Below, piece after piece: positions 14,151 through 21,116 of a stretch of 24,000 nucleotides of DNA (position 1 is the stretch's first letter; each line of letters begins with the position of its first letter). Below the pieces are notes generated by a model. That model had not been told where the DNA came from, made no database searches, and was given only the letters and a program-made list of their open reading frames with translations. The stretch is from Candidatus Parcubacteria bacterium. Lineage in GTDB: Bacteria > Patescibacteriota > Saccharimonadia > Saccharimonadales > Saccharimonadaceae. The stretch lies in assembly GCA_023391075.1 (NCBI GenBank), contig JAEWBQ010000004.1, positions 60,379-84,378 of the forward strand, in the 5' to 3' direction. A program made the translations under genes and the position numbers.

Positions 14151-14170
14151 CGATCCCTCATCCTCCAGAA

Positions 14171-14194
14171 GAACGGCCAAGATTATGGCCGTTC
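14171..14194 (-). terminator. Hairpin after clpP (possible terminator or attenuator)
   Basis: A 9-bp stem (gaacggcca with tggccgttc) has a 6-nt loop. On the minus strand TTCTTCTGG follows, which is only a modest U-tract. Confidence 0.45.
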
Positions 14195-14234
14195 GTAGCA
14201 TAGCGACACGTCCGGTCGCCGTCAAGCACCAGTG

Positions 14235-14831
14235 TTATTCTTTGGTGATCATCCCGTCGATCAAGCCGTACTCGATCGCCTCTTCGGCGCTCATCCAGAA
14301 GTCGCGGTCGGCGTCTTTCTCTATCTTGGCAAGTTTTTGGCCGGTGTTCTTGGCGAGGATTTCGTTAAGGCGCTGCTTGAGGAACAGGCCTTCGCGCAGC
14401 GTGATTTCTTGATCACTAATCTTGCCCTGCGTACCGCTCGACGGCTGGTGGATCATGATACGGCTGTTTGGTAATGCGAAGCGCTTGCCCTTCGTACCGC
14501 TGCTTAGCAGAAAGGCACCCATGCTCGCCTGCAGGCCGATGCCGATCGTCTGTACATCCGGCTTGATGTACTGGATCGTGTCGTAAATTGCGAGGCCGTC
14601 GTAGACACTGCCGCCCGGGCTATTGATATAGAGCTTGATGTCTTTGTGCGGGTCCTCATAGGCAAGATGGATCAACTGTGCGACGACAATATTCGCCGTG
14701 TGCTCGTTGACATCCTCACCGAGGAAGATAATACGTTCGTTTAAAAGGCGCGAGTAAATATCAAAGGCGCGTTCGCCGTCTGACGTCTTCTCGATGACCG
14801 TGGGTACAAGATAGTTCGATGGCTTATTCAT
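14235..14831 (-). CDS. clpP: ATP-dependent Clp protease proteolytic subunit
   Basis: The Ser-His-Asp context is intact ([25 protein letters not shown]). With the ATG at 14831 the N-terminus is [16 protein letters not shown], which aligns with typical ClpP N-termini of about 197 aa. An alternative ATG is at 14837. The ORF-track start at 14900 would translate through the CIRCE element and was rejected. Confidence 0.95.
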   Translation of the reverse strand: MNKPSNYLVPTVIEKTSDGERAFDIYSRLLNERIIFLGEDVNEHTANIVVAQLIHLAYEDPHKDIKLYINSPGGSVYDGLAIYDTIQYIKPDVQTIGIGLQASMGAFLLSSGTKGKRFALPNSRIMIHQPSSGTQGKISDQEITLREGLFLKQRLNEILAKNTGQKLAKIEKDADRDFWMSAEEAIEYGLIDGMITKE

Positions 14832-14837
14832 ATACAT

Positions 14838-14843
14838 AGTATA
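14838..14843 (-). promoter_or_regulatory. -10-like TATACT 6 nt upstream of the clpP ATG (leaderless geometry)
   Basis: rc of 14838..14843 reads TATACT. It is followed by atgtat and then ATG at 14831. A possible -35, TTGCAG (rc of 14862..14867), lies in the CIRCE loop. Confidence 0.35.
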
Positions 14844-14851
14844 CACCCGAT

Positions 14852-14878
14852 TTAGCACTCGCTGCAATAGAGTGCTAA
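14852..14878. promoter_or_regulatory. CIRCE operator (HrcA-binding inverted repeat), a perfect match to the consensus
   Basis: TTAGCACTC-gctgcaata-GAGTGCTAA matches the canonical TTAGCACTC-N9-GAGTGCTAA at all 18 arm positions. It ends 8 nt upstream of the -10-like hexamer of clpP. Confidence 0.85.
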
Positions 14879-14899
14879 TAACAGATACGGCGTCTGCCA

Positions 14900-14928
14900 T
14901 TGCACGATCCTAACCTACGTGCTATCCT
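14900..14928 (+). promoter_or_regulatory. Candidate promoter of the small plus-strand ORF (TTGCAC-17-TGcTATCCT)
   Basis: The -35 TTGCAC is at 14900..14905 and the -10 TATCCT at 14923..14928, with a 17-nt spacer and a TG extension. Confidence 0.4.
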
Positions 14929-14969
14929 GACGGGGCAACTTCGCATTTCTAACTACCTGAGGAGGTACC

Positions 14970-15170
14970 ATGTCGAAGGAGCGTATTATTACCCTGGGCG
15001 ACTGCCTGGCTGAAGCGGGCGAGCTCGCCGTTGCGAAGGGAACCGTATTTGTCGGTTTCTGCTTCGCCGGGCTGAGCGTCGTCGCCAGTCTGCTCTACTG
15101 GCCGTACTCCGTGATCAACGAGCGCATCGCCTCGCGACGTCGGCCACTCCAGCTCACTTCTCACCGGTGA
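14970..15170 (+). CDS. Hypothetical 66-aa single-pass membrane protein
   Basis: ATG at 14970 has a strong SD (GAGGAGG) 4 nt upstream. The hydrophobic segment is TVFVGFCFAGLSVVASLLYW. The ORF has its own downstream terminator. Confidence 0.5.
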   Translation: MSKERIITLGDCLAEAGELAVAKGTVFVGFCFAGLSVVASLLYWPYSVINERIASRRRPLQLTSHR

Positions 15171-15214
15171 GCAGTCCCCGTACCCCTTTTGACACCGATG
15201 ATCATCAGGGGGGT

Positions 15215-15244
15215 AGCGAATCAGATGTTCTGATTCGCTTTTTC
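15215..15244 (+). terminator. Rho-independent terminator of the 66-aa ORF
   Basis: A 10-bp stem (agcgaatcag with ctgattcgct) has a 5-nt loop and is followed by TTTTTC. Confidence 0.75.
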
Positions 15245-15248
15245 ATTT

Positions 15249-15283
15249 CCAAATAAATACACCTCCGCGCCGGAGGTGTATTT
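15249..15283. terminator. Terminator of tig (U-tracts on both strands)
   Basis: The stem pairs aaatacacctccg with cggaggtgtattt (15255..15283) around a tight loop. TTTATTTGG follows on the minus strand and TTTTAG on the plus strand. Confidence 0.75.
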
Positions 15284-15294
15284 TAGTCAATCGA

Positions 15295-16581
15295 TTACTT
15301 CGAATTCAGCTTCACCAATTCATCAACCGTCTTCTCGGTCAGGAGTCGGTTGGCGATATCGCGTCGTGCTTCTGGGGTGTCGAGCTGACTCAGAACCTGT
15401 GGGCTATTTGCGTACTGCTTTTTATACAGTTCAACATGCTCATCAAGTTCTTTATCAGTAGCAGTCACCTTGAGTTCCTTGCTCAGTTCGGCCAGTACCA
15501 GACCAGCCTGAACGCGTGACTCAGCGATGTCGTGGACTTCTTTGTCGAGCCATTCTTCCTTGGTCTTGAAGCCCTTGCTTTCGATGTACTGGTCGAGCGT
15601 CGCACCCTGATACATCAGGTTCTGCATCATATCGGTTTCGATCGAACGCTCTTGGTCTTTAACCAGGACTTCTGGTGCCGCGACAGTACTGACATCGATA
15701 AGTGCCTTGACGAGATCGTCCTTGCGCTTTTCGCCAGCTTCACGCTCTTTTTGCTCGGTCAACTCGCGCTTGATGTCGGCTTTAAGTTCGTCGACGGTCT
15801 TAAAGGGACCAGCCTTGGCGGCAAAGTCATCATCAACCTTTGGTAAAACGACTTCCTTGAGCTCCTTGAGGGTGGTCGTAAAGGTTACCTTGGCACCCTT
15901 TAGTTCGGCCGCGTGGTAATCTTTTGGAAATTCCAGGTCGAGGTCAAATGTCTCGCCAGGCTTCTTACCAACGACCCCTTCTTCAAACCCGGGGATAAAC
16001 GAGTTGCTACCGAGTACAAGCGGATAGTCGTTACCCGTGCCACCATCAAAAGCAACGCCGTCTTTCTTGCCGATAAAATCGATCGTTGCTTCGTCGGTCA
16101 GCTTCGCCTCACGCTCGACGGCTTTCTTTTCAGACATGCCGTTACGCATACGTTCGATGATTTCATCGACTTCTTTCGCAGTAACGCTGATTTTTGCCTT
16201 CTCTACCTTGAGTGACTTGTAGTCGCCAAGGGTAACCTTAGGGATGATCTCGGTTTCGGCAGTGAATTCAAGTTCTTGGCCAGGAACGTACTTCTTGATT
16301 TCAACCGCAGGACGGTCAAGCGCCTGGATGTCTTCGGCCAGATACGCCTCAGCAACGGCTTTGCTTAGCGCGTCTTCGAGCGTCTGCTCGGCAAGCGCTT
16401 CGGGATTTACGTGCTTGGCAGCAACGCTAGCCGGTACATGACCGGCACGGAAGCCAGGAGCTTTTACATTCTTCGCAAGCTTCGTCAGGGCAACTTGTCC
16501 TGCCGCTTCGAGCTCTTCTTGGCCGAGGACGATCGTCAGCTCAACCTTGGTGTCGGATAGGTGTTTTACAGTTGTCTTCAT
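15295..16581 (-). CDS. tig: Trigger factor (ribosome-associated chaperone / PPIase)
   Basis: 428 aa with the N-terminal ribosome-binding motif region (APGFRAGHVP, an equivalent of GFRxGxxP), a central FKBP-like region (FIPGFEEGVVGKKPGE) and a C-terminal arm domain. Confidence 0.95.
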   Translation of the reverse strand: MKTTVKHLSDTKVELTIVLGQEELEAAGQVALTKLAKNVKAPGFRAGHVPASVAAKHVNPEALAEQTLEDALSKAVAEAYLAEDIQALDRPAVEIKKYVPGQELEFTAETEIIPKVTLGDYKSLKVEKAKISVTAKEVDEIIERMRNGMSEKKAVEREAKLTDEATIDFIGKKDGVAFDGGTGNDYPLVLGSNSFIPGFEEGVVGKKPGETFDLDLEFPKDYHAAELKGAKVTFTTTLKELKEVVLPKVDDDFAAKAGPFKTVDELKADIKRELTEQKEREAGEKRKDDLVKALIDVSTVAAPEVLVKDQERSIETDMMQNLMYQGATLDQYIESKGFKTKEEWLDKEVHDIAESRVQAGLVLAELSKELKVTATDKELDEHVELYKKQYANSPQVLSQLDTPEARRDIANRLLTEKTVDELVKLNSK

Positions 16582-16590
16582 ACTTGTTCT

Positions 16591-16599
16591 AATATAACA
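16591..16599 (-). promoter_or_regulatory. Extended -10 (TGtTATATT) 9 nt upstream of the tig ATG
   Basis: rc of 16591..16599 reads TGTTATATT. It is followed by agaacaagt and then ATG at 16581. There is no SD. Confidence 0.4.
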
Positions 16600-16632
16600 G
16601 ATATGAGGTGGGGCAACAAATCACCTCTAAGA

Positions 16633-17214
16633 CTAGTTGAAATCAATCAGCCGGGCGGCACGCATCATGTAGGTCGTGCGCGGACCAGACGGACAACCCT
16701 GAGATTCGACGCTCGTTAGGCTCGCGGCGTCATCAGCAGTCTGATTGGCGACGTACCAGAACAAACCATATTTGCCCGTATTTGTGCCACAAGGATAAAA
16801 CATCACTGACTGCGATCCATCTTTTACACTTGAGCTGTAGGCGGTATTTGGAGTAAATGAACTGCGCGTAAAGTTGGCTGGGATGAGATTCTGCGACCGA
16901 AGCATGTCCTCAAGAGAGCATGTATAGGCACCAGCAAAAATCCATCCTCCCGTACCGTCGCTGCAGTTTCCCGAGGCGTTCACCGCCACGGTTGAGCTCC
17001 AGCCTCCGAGTGGCCTTTGTCCTGTGTTAAGCCCCCATGTGCGTATGGCGGTCTCTAATTGCTGAGCAGCGTTTCGTGTGCGACTGTCCTGAGCACTGGC
17101 CTGAACCCCGTTATATGCGACGATCACGATCGCAGCAAGAATAGCGATAACGATGATCACGATGAGTAATTCAACGATTGTAAATCCAGGGGTACGCCGA
17201 GACACTTTAACCAT
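16633..17214 (-). CDS. Type IV pilin-like protein (prepilin-type N-terminal cleavage/methylation domain)
   Basis: The N-terminus is MVKVSRRTPG|FTIVELLIVIIVIAILAAIVIVAY. This is a class III signal with Gly at -1, Phe at +1 and Glu at +5, followed by a hydrophobic helix. The globular C-terminal part has four Cys, enough for two possible disulfides. Confidence 0.85.
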   Translation of the reverse strand: MVKVSRRTPGFTIVELLIVIIVIAILAAIVIVAYNGVQASAQDSRTRNAAQQLETAIRTWGLNTGQRPLGGWSSTVAVNASGNCSDGTGGWIFAGAYTCSLEDMLRSQNLIPANFTRSSFTPNTAYSSSVKDGSQSVMFYPCGTNTGKYGLFWYVANQTADDAASLTSVESQGCPSGPRTTYMMRAARLIDFN

Positions 17215-17224
17215 AACTGCTTTG

Positions 17225-17233
17225 ATGATATCA
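17225..17233 (-). promoter_or_regulatory. Extended -10 (TGaTATCAT) 10 nt upstream of the pilin ATG
   Basis: rc of 17225..17233 reads TGATATCAT. It is followed by caaagcagtt and then ATG at 17214. There is no SD. Confidence 0.4.
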
Positions 17234-17294
17234 CGAAATAGCTACGTGATGAAAATAGCCTGATAGGTTGCTCAGAGCGACAATGCGTTTGTAT

Positions 17295-18632
17295 TTATTC
17301 GAATAAATCAGCGTCAGGATCTTCCGCGCGGTGACGACGATCCTTGACCGTTGAAACGATACGCTCGAAGCTCAGCTTTTGCTCTTGGGCAGTAGAGGTG
17401 TCCTTGAACGTGTACACTTCCTTGCTAAGCTCGTCTTCGCCGACAAACAGGATGTATGGGACGTTCTTTTTGAGTGCAGTCTTGAGCTGCTTATCGAGCT
17501 TACGGCCTGTCACATCCAGCTCGGTCTTCACGCCTTCACTACGTAAATCGGCGGCAAGTTTAGCGGCACCGTCGGCGGAATCACCTAGCACGGCGACATA
17601 GACTTCGGTCGTAGGAGGTAATTCAGGTAAGAGCTTGTGAACCTGCAAAAACAATTCCGTCATCGTGAGGCCTGGAGCCATACCGACAGCCGAAATCGGT
17701 TCCGCACCAAACAAGCCGACAAGCCCGTCGTAGCGGCCGCCGCCGAACAGCGAGCGGTTATTGTCGGGGTGGGTGTCGAAGAATTCAAAGACGGTGCCGG
17801 TGTAATAATCAAGCCCACGCATCAGCGTGATGTCGAACACGGCGTTCTTGACGCCGGCATTTGAGAGGTGCGTGAATAGTTCCTGTACCTCCTGGACCGC
17901 GCTATTGCTGCGAATCTCATCAGGCAGTTCACTCATGCTTTTAGCACTCAGCAGCGTGGCAATCTTGGCAAGGCCGCCTGGCGCCATGTCGTCACCGAAG
18001 ATTGCGATTGCTTGATCACGAAAGTCCTCGTGCGAAATCTTGTTCTTGCGGTCGAACAGTTTGATCATGAGCTGAGCCTGGACGGCGTCGAGCCCGAGAT
18101 ACTGGGCCATCATGAAGTTAATGACCTTACGATTGTTGACCTTGATGACATACATATCATCCTTCGCACCAAACGTACGCAGGAAGTCTGCACCCATCGT
18201 GATAATCTCGGCTTCGGCCAGTACGCCGTCAGCCCCGAAGATATCGACATTCAGCTGCCAGAACTCACGTTCACGACCACGCTGCGGGCGCTCATACCGC
18301 ATAAAGTTCGCGATACTAAAGAGGCGTGCCGGATATGCCAGCTCCTGACGCTTGGCTGCGACCATACGACTGACCGATGGAGTCATCTCTGGGCGAATCG
18401 CAACCGTACGGCCGCCGCGATCAGTAAATTGATACGTCTGCTCACCGACCAGTTCCTGTCCAGACTTCGCGGCATAGACTTCGAGCGGCTCAAGGATCGG
18501 CGCACCATACTCTTCGTAGCCGTAACTTTCAGCCACATGGCGCCATTTGCCAAAAATATAATTTTGGATGCGTTTTTCGGCAGGGTAATAATCGCGCGTA
18601 CCCTTGTATGGCTGTGATGAAAGTGTACTCAT
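17295..18632 (-). CDS. hisS: Histidine--tRNA ligase
   Basis: Class II aaRS / HisRS blocks are present (KGTRDYYP, YQFTDRGGRTVAIRPEMTPSVSRMV, FWQLNVDIFG, GGGRYDGLV) with a C-terminal anticodon-binding domain. I prefer the ATG at 18632 over the upstream TTG at 18671. Confidence 0.95.
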   Translation of the reverse strand: MSTLSSQPYKGTRDYYPAEKRIQNYIFGKWRHVAESYGYEEYGAPILEPLEVYAAKSGQELVGEQTYQFTDRGGRTVAIRPEMTPSVSRMVAAKRQELAYPARLFSIANFMRYERPQRGREREFWQLNVDIFGADGVLAEAEIITMGADFLRTFGAKDDMYVIKVNNRKVINFMMAQYLGLDAVQAQLMIKLFDRKNKISHEDFRDQAIAIFGDDMAPGGLAKIATLLSAKSMSELPDEIRSNSAVQEVQELFTHLSNAGVKNAVFDITLMRGLDYYTGTVFEFFDTHPDNNRSLFGGGRYDGLVGLFGAEPISAVGMAPGLTMTELFLQVHKLLPELPPTTEVYVAVLGDSADGAAKLAADLRSEGVKTELDVTGRKLDKQLKTALKKNVPYILFVGEDELSKEVYTFKDTSTAQEQKLSFERIVSTVKDRRHRAEDPDADLFE

Positions 18633-18680
18633 AACAGAGACAATTGTTGCATATTTTACCGCAGAGAGCAAGGACGAGCG

Positions 18681-19322
18681 TTATCCGCGCAGCTGACGAT
18701 CCTCGCTCAGATGCGGACGCGTTGCATAGTATGCCAAAGACGACGAAGCCATTCGATGCTCGTTCCAGACATGACGAGCTTCCAAAAAATCTTCTGCCAG
18801 CTCCTCTCGATGCTGCACTATCGCCTCAGGTGCTGCGAGCTGCGAGCGGCGCAGTACGATGCCGACCGGTAGAACCGAGTGCTCACTCCCCAGCGCTTCT
18901 TGAAGCACAAGGCCGCCAAGCAGCCTCCGTTGCCGGTCAGTTAGCCCTAGCTCAAATATCAACAGCGTGTTTGGATTCTTGTTCGTATGACGCATATGCA
19001 TGCCGACAACCGGCAGATGGTCACTTTGAAGCTGCGCCAACCTCTTGCGTTCCTCGGCGAGCAGCTCGTTTTCTACCGGGTCGTAGCGGATGCCGTCGTT
19101 GTCGCTACGGTCATAATGAAATATCTTTGCATGCAGTGAGTGGAGGGTCGTGGCGCCGATCTTTGATGCCATGGGCATATCGGGGCGAGCCTCAGGGATC
19201 AAAAAACCGCGCACGGCGCGGTCAAGCTCATGGTTGGGCGTAAACCCAATACGGATCGTCTGCTCGCGACGCGGAGCAGGCTGGAGATACTCAAGCGGAC
19301 TCTTGTCAATCCTAGCCGTCAT
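18681..19322 (-). CDS. Hypothetical protein (213 aa), no domain recognised
   Basis: A long ORF packed tightly between the SpoU methyltransferase gene (27-nt gap) and hisS (48-nt gap) on the same strand. Its codon usage looks like that of its neighbours. Confidence 0.7.
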   Translation of the reverse strand: MTARIDKSPLEYLQPAPRREQTIRIGFTPNHELDRAVRGFLIPEARPDMPMASKIGATTLHSLHAKIFHYDRSDNDGIRYDPVENELLAEERKRLAQLQSDHLPVVGMHMRHTNKNPNTLLIFELGLTDRQRRLLGGLVLQEALGSEHSVLPVGIVLRRSQLAAPEAIVQHREELAEDFLEARHVWNEHRMASSSLAYYATRPHLSEDRQLRG

Positions 19323-19349
19323 CGTATCTTCAGTATGGAGTATAGGATT

Positions 19350-19955
19350 CTACTTCGTCAAGCGGTATTTTTGCGTCCAGGCATACATCATAATGCCCGC
19401 CGCTACGCCGACATTTACGGAACGGGTGCTGCCGAATTGCTCGATCATGACCATTTGCTCACTTGCGGCAATCATTTCCGGCGACAGGCCTGGCCCTTCG
19501 CCGCCAAATACCAGTACTGCCCGCTCAGGCAAGTTCACCTGCGACAGCGGTGCCGCACCAGGCTGGTTATCGACCGCGATGATATGCCGATCGCCCATAG
19601 CCGTCACAAAGTCAGCAACGGTCGCATGATGAACGATTTCGAGGTAGCGGTCCGTCACCATGGCGCCGCGCCTGTTCCAGTGCCGGCGGCCGATAATATG
19701 CACCGCCGCAACGTTAAACGCATTTGCGCTGCGCACGATCGTCCCGATATTCAGATCATGCTGCCAGTTTTCAATCGCCACGTGGAGGCCGGAGCTCCGA
19801 GCCGTCATATCAGCCTTTATCGCCTCGACCGTCCAATAGCGATACCCGTCCTCGACGTTACGCCGGTCACCGCGAGCGAGTAATTCCCTGTCGTAGCGCG
19901 GATCATCGGGCCATGGCAGCGGGTGCGGACCGACCCCGATCTCCTGTTCATTCAT
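19350..19955 (-). CDS. SpoU/TrmH-family (SPOUT) RNA 2'-O-methyltransferase
   Basis: SPOUT motifs are present: NIGTIVRSANAF, VLVFGGEGPGLS and IEQFGSTRSVNVGVAAGIMMY. Confidence 0.9.
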   Translation of the reverse strand: MNEQEIGVGPHPLPWPDDPRYDRELLARGDRRNVEDGYRYWTVEAIKADMTARSSGLHVAIENWQHDLNIGTIVRSANAFNVAAVHIIGRRHWNRRGAMVTDRYLEIVHHATVADFVTAMGDRHIIAVDNQPGAAPLSQVNLPERAVLVFGGEGPGLSPEMIAASEQMVMIEQFGSTRSVNVGVAAGIMMYAWTQKYRLTK

Positions 19956-19961
19956 AGACTC

Positions 19962-19967
19962 ATTATA
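19962..19967 (-). promoter_or_regulatory. -10 TATAAT 6 nt upstream of the SpoU-family gene ATG (leaderless geometry)
   Basis: rc of 19962..19967 reads TATAAT. It is followed by gagtct and then ATG at 19955. There is no SD at a usable distance. Confidence 0.45.
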
Positions 19968-20032
19968 CCCTCATCGACACGCGTCGTCCTGCGTGATACG
20001 CTAACAGTAGTAATACGTACACAAGGAGCCGT

Positions 20033-20857
20033 ATGGAATCACCCGTCCCCTCATCCCGCCCCGATTACATCAACAACCCTTTTACGGTTGCGGTGCGCGG
20101 TCTCAACCTGCTGTTTCTCCACGGCCAAAATATTGCGATACTACTGATCGTACTCGCCGTCTTAAACTACCTGCCCAATACTAACCGCTCAGCACCTACC
20201 CAGGCCGCCATACCCTCCTTACAGGCAGCTTTCAGTGCATTGCCGATTATCATCACTACAGGAGCTGTCGTCCTCGTCGTACTCCTCGTCGTTGCCGCCA
20301 TCATTAATGGTATATGCGGCTACACGACGGCGCGTATCGCACGGGGTGAATCGGTGACGCTTTCAGAAACGATAAAGGCGGTGTTTGCCCGCTTCGGTGA
20401 CGTACTTTTACTGCAGTTCTTACTAGCCCTGAAGCTGCTTGGATGGACCCTTCTCGGCATCGTGCCGGGCGTTATCATGTCTATCCGCTACACGTTTGCG
20501 ATGACCATCCTTTTCGACAAAGATGTTACTGGGAATGCCGCGATTAAGCAGAGCATTGCCTTGACGCGGCGCAGCTGGATTACGACGTTTGGTGCCTTGA
20601 CCGTCTTTAATGTCGTCACTTTCGGTATCATCACCTTACTGGTGCAGACAGCCTCATCAGCCATCCTTTACCGCCAATTCATCTCTACACCTAATGACGA
20701 GCGGCCAGCTCCGCACGGGCTGTCGATTGCCGCGTTGGTATTGTCGATTATAACGGTCGTCATTGTCGTCTTAGGGATCGCGGCACTCGTGGGGTATGGG
20801 GCGACTCACGGCTGGTTCCAGCCTGGTGGAACGGACGGCGCGTACCAAAAAGCATAG
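20033..20857 (+). CDS. Hypothetical polytopic membrane protein (274 aa, about 5-6 TM)
   Basis: ATG at 20033 has AAGGAG 4 nt upstream. There are several long hydrophobic segments. The family could not be identified by eye. Confidence 0.75.
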   Translation: MESPVPSSRPDYINNPFTVAVRGLNLLFLHGQNIAILLIVLAVLNYLPNTNRSAPTQAAIPSLQAAFSALPIIITTGAVVLVVLLVVAAIINGICGYTTARIARGESVTLSETIKAVFARFGDVLLLQFLLALKLLGWTLLGIVPGVIMSIRYTFAMTILFDKDVTGNAAIKQSIALTRRSWITTFGALTVFNVVTFGIITLLVQTASSAILYRQFISTPNDERPAPHGLSIAALVLSIITVVIVVLGIAALVGYGATHGWFQPGGTDGAYQKA

Positions 20858-20940
20858 CAAGCGCAACTATCACCTCGCATTGCTCGTGATCCTCTAGCTT
20901 TTCGGAGCACGGAGGCTCAAGGCACATATCATACACCAAA

Positions 20941-20970
20941 GAAAAGAGAGACCATATGGTCTCTCTTTTC
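20941..20970. terminator. Bidirectional rho-independent terminator
   Basis: A perfect 30-nt palindrome, gaaaagagagaccatatggtctctcttttc, has T-runs on both strands. It lies between the convergent membrane-protein gene and tRNA-Leu(CAG). Confidence 0.8.
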
Positions 20971-20972
20971 TT

Positions 20973-21059
20973 TGGTGCGGATGAGAGGACTTGAACCTCC
21001 ACGCTCTTGCGAGCACTAGCACCTGAAGCTAGCGCGTCTACCAATTCCGCCACATCCGC
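20973..21059 (-). tRNA. tRNA-Leu (anticodon CAG), class II with long variable arm, CCA encoded
   Basis: rc reads GCGGATG-TG-GCGGAATTGGTAGACGC-G-CTAGC-TTCAGGT-GCTAG-TGCTCGCAAGAGCGT-GGAGG-TTCAAGT-CCTCT-CATCCGC-ACCA. The cloverleaf folds by hand. Confidence 0.95.
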
Positions 21060-21083
21060 ATGTCGTGGAAATAATACTTACTT

Positions 21084-21112
21084 ATCGTACGCGGTTCGGA
21101 CGTATTTTTCAA
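21084..21112 (-). promoter_or_regulatory. Candidate promoter of tRNA-Leu(CAG) (TTGAAA-17-TACGAT)
   Basis: The -35 is rc of 21107..21112 and the -10 is rc of 21084..21089, with a 17-nt spacer. These are the same hexamers as the rpsL candidate promoter. Confidence 0.4.
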
Positions 21113-21116
21113 GAGG

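Noticed and set aside
17344-19957. Plus-strand ORFs of 150-217 aa antisense to hisS, the 213-aa gene and the SpoU gene (18012..18617, 18644..19243, 19150..19629, 19230..19883)
   Set aside because: They are antisense shadows of well-supported minus-strand genes. They are rich in Arg, Pro and Ala, with no SD or promoter.
20760-21053. 97-aa minus-strand ORF
   Set aside because: It overlaps tRNA-Leu(CAG) and the palindromic terminator. It is an artefact of an open frame across an RNA gene.
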